Source of the DNA: an uncultured Planctomycetaceae bacterium
GTDB taxonomy: Bacteria; Planctomycetota; Planctomycetia; Planctomycetales; Planctomycetaceae
Assembly: GCA_964575135.1 (NCBI GenBank)
Contig: CAZNQX010000002.1
Location: forward strand, 1,091-44,864
Direction: 5' to 3'
Length of the DNA stretch: 43,774 bases
The notes beneath the pieces were generated by a model, which made no database searches, was not told the origin of the DNA, and saw only the letters and a list, made by a program, of their open reading frames with translations. Shown piece after piece: positions 41,986-43,774 of this stretch (positions are counted from its first letter, which is position 1; the number at the start of each line of letters is the position of its first letter). Position numbers and translations under genes: made by a program.

Positions 41986-42480
41986 ATGGGCGTCATCAGG
42001 ATTGTCTCTGCCTGCTGGGAGTTCAACCGAAAACAGACGTGGACGCTGCTGGAGAGAATCGAGCAACTGCCCGATCCTGGGGCGGCACTCGGATGGCGAC
42101 CCGGTCCCGGTCGCGCTCATATCGCCTGGCAGTTGATGCACATCGGCATCACCGAGGAACTGTTCGCGACGGAACGGCTCGTCGGCAGTGCTCCCGAGTT
42201 CCCGGAGTTCGTGCCGCGATTTCGAGGCGGCAGCACGCCGGACGACGACATCCCCGACGTCGGAACGATTCGCAGCGTGCTCGAAACTTCGCGGCTGCAC
42301 CTGCTGAACACGACGGCGAGCTTCTCCGAAAGCGATCTGCAAACGGTGCCCGAGGCGTTTCGGGAACGCGGCTGGAATCTGGAGACGATTCTACACGTCA
42401 TCGCCTGGCATGAGGGACACCATCAGGGCCAGGCTCATCTGACCCTGAACCTCTTCAAGGCCGCCCACGGGATCGCATGA
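41986..42480 (+). CDS. DinB-family (four-helix-bundle metalloprotein) protein
   Basis: ORF 41917..42480. I prefer the ATG at 41986. The His triad pattern is HIAWQLMH ... IAWHEGHHQGQAHL. Confidence 0.75.
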   Translation: MGVIRIVSACWEFNRKQTWTLLERIEQLPDPGAALGWRPGPGRAHIAWQLMHIGITEELFATERLVGSAPEFPEFVPRFRGGSTPDDDIPDVGTIRSVLETSRLHLLNTTASFSESDLQTVPEAFRERGWNLETILHVIAWHEGHHQGQAHLTLNLFKAAHGIA

Positions 42481-42526
42481 CGGATCGCTTCTTCTGAAAA
42501 TCTTTGACAAAACCACATCAGAATCC

Positions 42527-42580
42527 CGGAATCTTTGATGATTCCGAGATTCTGGCCGAGCTTTGTCCAGGATTCTGGAC
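42527..42580. terminator. Two small hairpins in the lower-GC convergent gap
   Basis: cggaatc/tttgat/gattccg (42527-42546) and gtccag/gatt/ctggac (42565-42580), between the DinB-like stop and the CpaE-like stop. Confidence 0.35.
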
Positions 42581-42633
42581 AATCCGCGATGTTCGCGTGG
42601 CCAGGGCGCGCAGCCCAAGGTGGTGGCGTCGAT

Positions 42634-43774
42634 TCAACGCTGACCGGCGGCCAGATACCGGGCCAGACCTTTACTGCGGTTGCGCGACGGCACGGTGTCG
42701 GATGCGACATCGGCTCCGACGGCTGCAACCGCCGGATCAACCGGCTCGTCGATTTTCCGCGCCAGTCCTTCGATGGCCGTTGTAAGTCGTGACTTCGACG
42801 ACTGAGTCACGAGCGGCACGCCCTGATTGCGGCTTTCGACCATCGCGGCAAACTCATCGGGCAACTCCCAGAAGATCTCCTGGCCAATCGACTCTCGGGC
42901 CGCATCAAGCGTCATCCCGGTGCCTGGAAGGCCGACGCGGTTGGCAACGACCCTGACCTTCTCCCGGAGACCGTCGTGGCGATCGAGCAGTTCCAGCAAT
43001 CGGACGACGTTCCGCAGGCAGGGCCGATCGAGCTGCGTCACCATCAGAATCGTGTCGGAGGTTTTCAGGATCGCGAGATCGAGTGGGCCGAAGTTCCTGC
43101 CGACGTCGATCACTTGGTGGGTGAAGGTCGTTTTGAGCAGGACAACGACACGTGCGATCTGGTCGGGCGTCAACGCTGCGTCCGGTCCGATTTGTCCCGT
43201 CCCGGGGAGCAGGAAGACACCGCAGGCATGACGGGTCAGGCTCCGTTTCAGAAAGGTGGAATCGAAGCGTCCGACCTTCCCGGCAATGTCCCGGATCGTG
43301 GTGTCGGGCACCAGATCGAGCCAGATGTCGGCATCGCCGAGCGTCAGATCCAGATCGAGGACCGCGACGCTGCTGCGATCCGCCCGTGCCAGAACGCAAC
43401 CTAGATTGGTCGCCAGACTCGTGCAGCCAACGCCCCCGCCTGCCCCACAAACCGTGATGACGCGGCTCGACCTGAGTCTGCCGGCCGCATCTTTTCCGGC
43501 AGTCCGGGCCTGGATTCGATCGAGAGTGGCCAGAACGTTTTCGAGAGTCGGCGCATCGGCCAGAAACTCCCGGGCGCCGTTCCGCATCGCCTGCAAAATC
43601 AGACTGCCGTCCTGGCGACTGCTGATGCAGAGAATCGCGCAGGTCGGTGCGTCCCGGCTGATTTGGGACACCAGCTTCAGTGCCTTCGCCGGCTCGGCGT
43701 CGAGTGCGACAACCGCGACGTCGGGACACGTTTGGCTAATAATGTCGCCGAAGAATTCGTAACGGCTGCAATCC
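42634..43774 (-). CDS. TadZ/CpaE-like pilus-assembly protein (receiver-like domain plus MinD/ParA-fold domain), 5' end outside the window
   Basis: ORF 42634..43671 in the track (GTG). The frame stays open to the window edge, reading DCSRYEFFGDIISQTCPDVAVVALDAEPAKALKLVSQISRD. The ParA-fold part contains VITVCGAGGGVGCTSLATNLG, LDLDL and VVANRV. Confidence 0.8.
   Translation of the reverse strand, partial: DCSRYEFFGDIISQTCPDVAVVALDAEPAKALKLVSQISRDAPTCAILCISSRQDGSLILQAMRNGAREFLADAPTLENVLATLDRIQARTAGKDAAGRLRSSRVITVCGAGGGVGCTSLATNLGCVLARADRSSVAVLDLDLTLGDADIWLDLVPDTTIRDIAGKVGRFDSTFLKRSLTRHACGVFLLPGTGQIGPDAALTPDQIARVVVLLKTTFTHQVIDVGRNFGPLDLAILKTSDTILMVTQLDRPCLRNVVRLLELLDRHDGLREKVRVVANRVGLPGTGMTLDAARESIGQEIFWELPDEFAAMVESRNQGVPLVTQSSKSRLTTAIEGLARKIDEPVDPAVAAVGADVASDTVPSRNRSKGLARYLAAGQR

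Overview
High-GC, gene-dense chromosomal segment. The gene content looks Planctomycetota-like: a signal-peptide prenyltransferase-repeat protein, many DUF proteins, a PilM fusion with Gly/Pro-rich tails, weak Shine-Dalgarno signals and long non-coding gaps. That taxonomic call is inference only. I can support 30 protein-coding genes; two run off the window edges and two are low confidence. I also list several hairpin/terminator candidates and short repeats. I found no rRNA, tRNA, CRISPR array, transposase, integrase or phage genes. Most of the window is housekeeping (metG, typA, ppc, folC, fxsA) plus a carbohydrate/polyphosphate block: GH63-like glucosidase, amylo-1,6-glucosidase, DUF2891, Ppx/GppA and a ROK kinase. 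The best candidate for an undescribed system is a three-gene operon at 33.4-40.5 kb. It encodes a PilM-PilN fusion followed by two very large single-pass membrane proteins of no family I can name. All three carry the same short aromatic-PPG motif inside Gly/Met-rich disordered tracts. No PilO/P/Q, pilin or motor ATPase lies next to the operon, and a GH38-like protein with a substituted nucleophile position sits divergently upstream. Other items worth a second look: a ~0.9 kb non-coding gap with a perfect 16-bp inverted-repeat pair upstream of a giant Hsp70-like gene; an in-frame TAA inside the conserved N-terminal leader of a YghA-type SDR; a cysteine-less ROK kinase joined by an ATGA overlap to Ppx/GppA; and several exact tandem duplications. 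All functional calls come from reading the translations and remembering family motifs. No database search was run.
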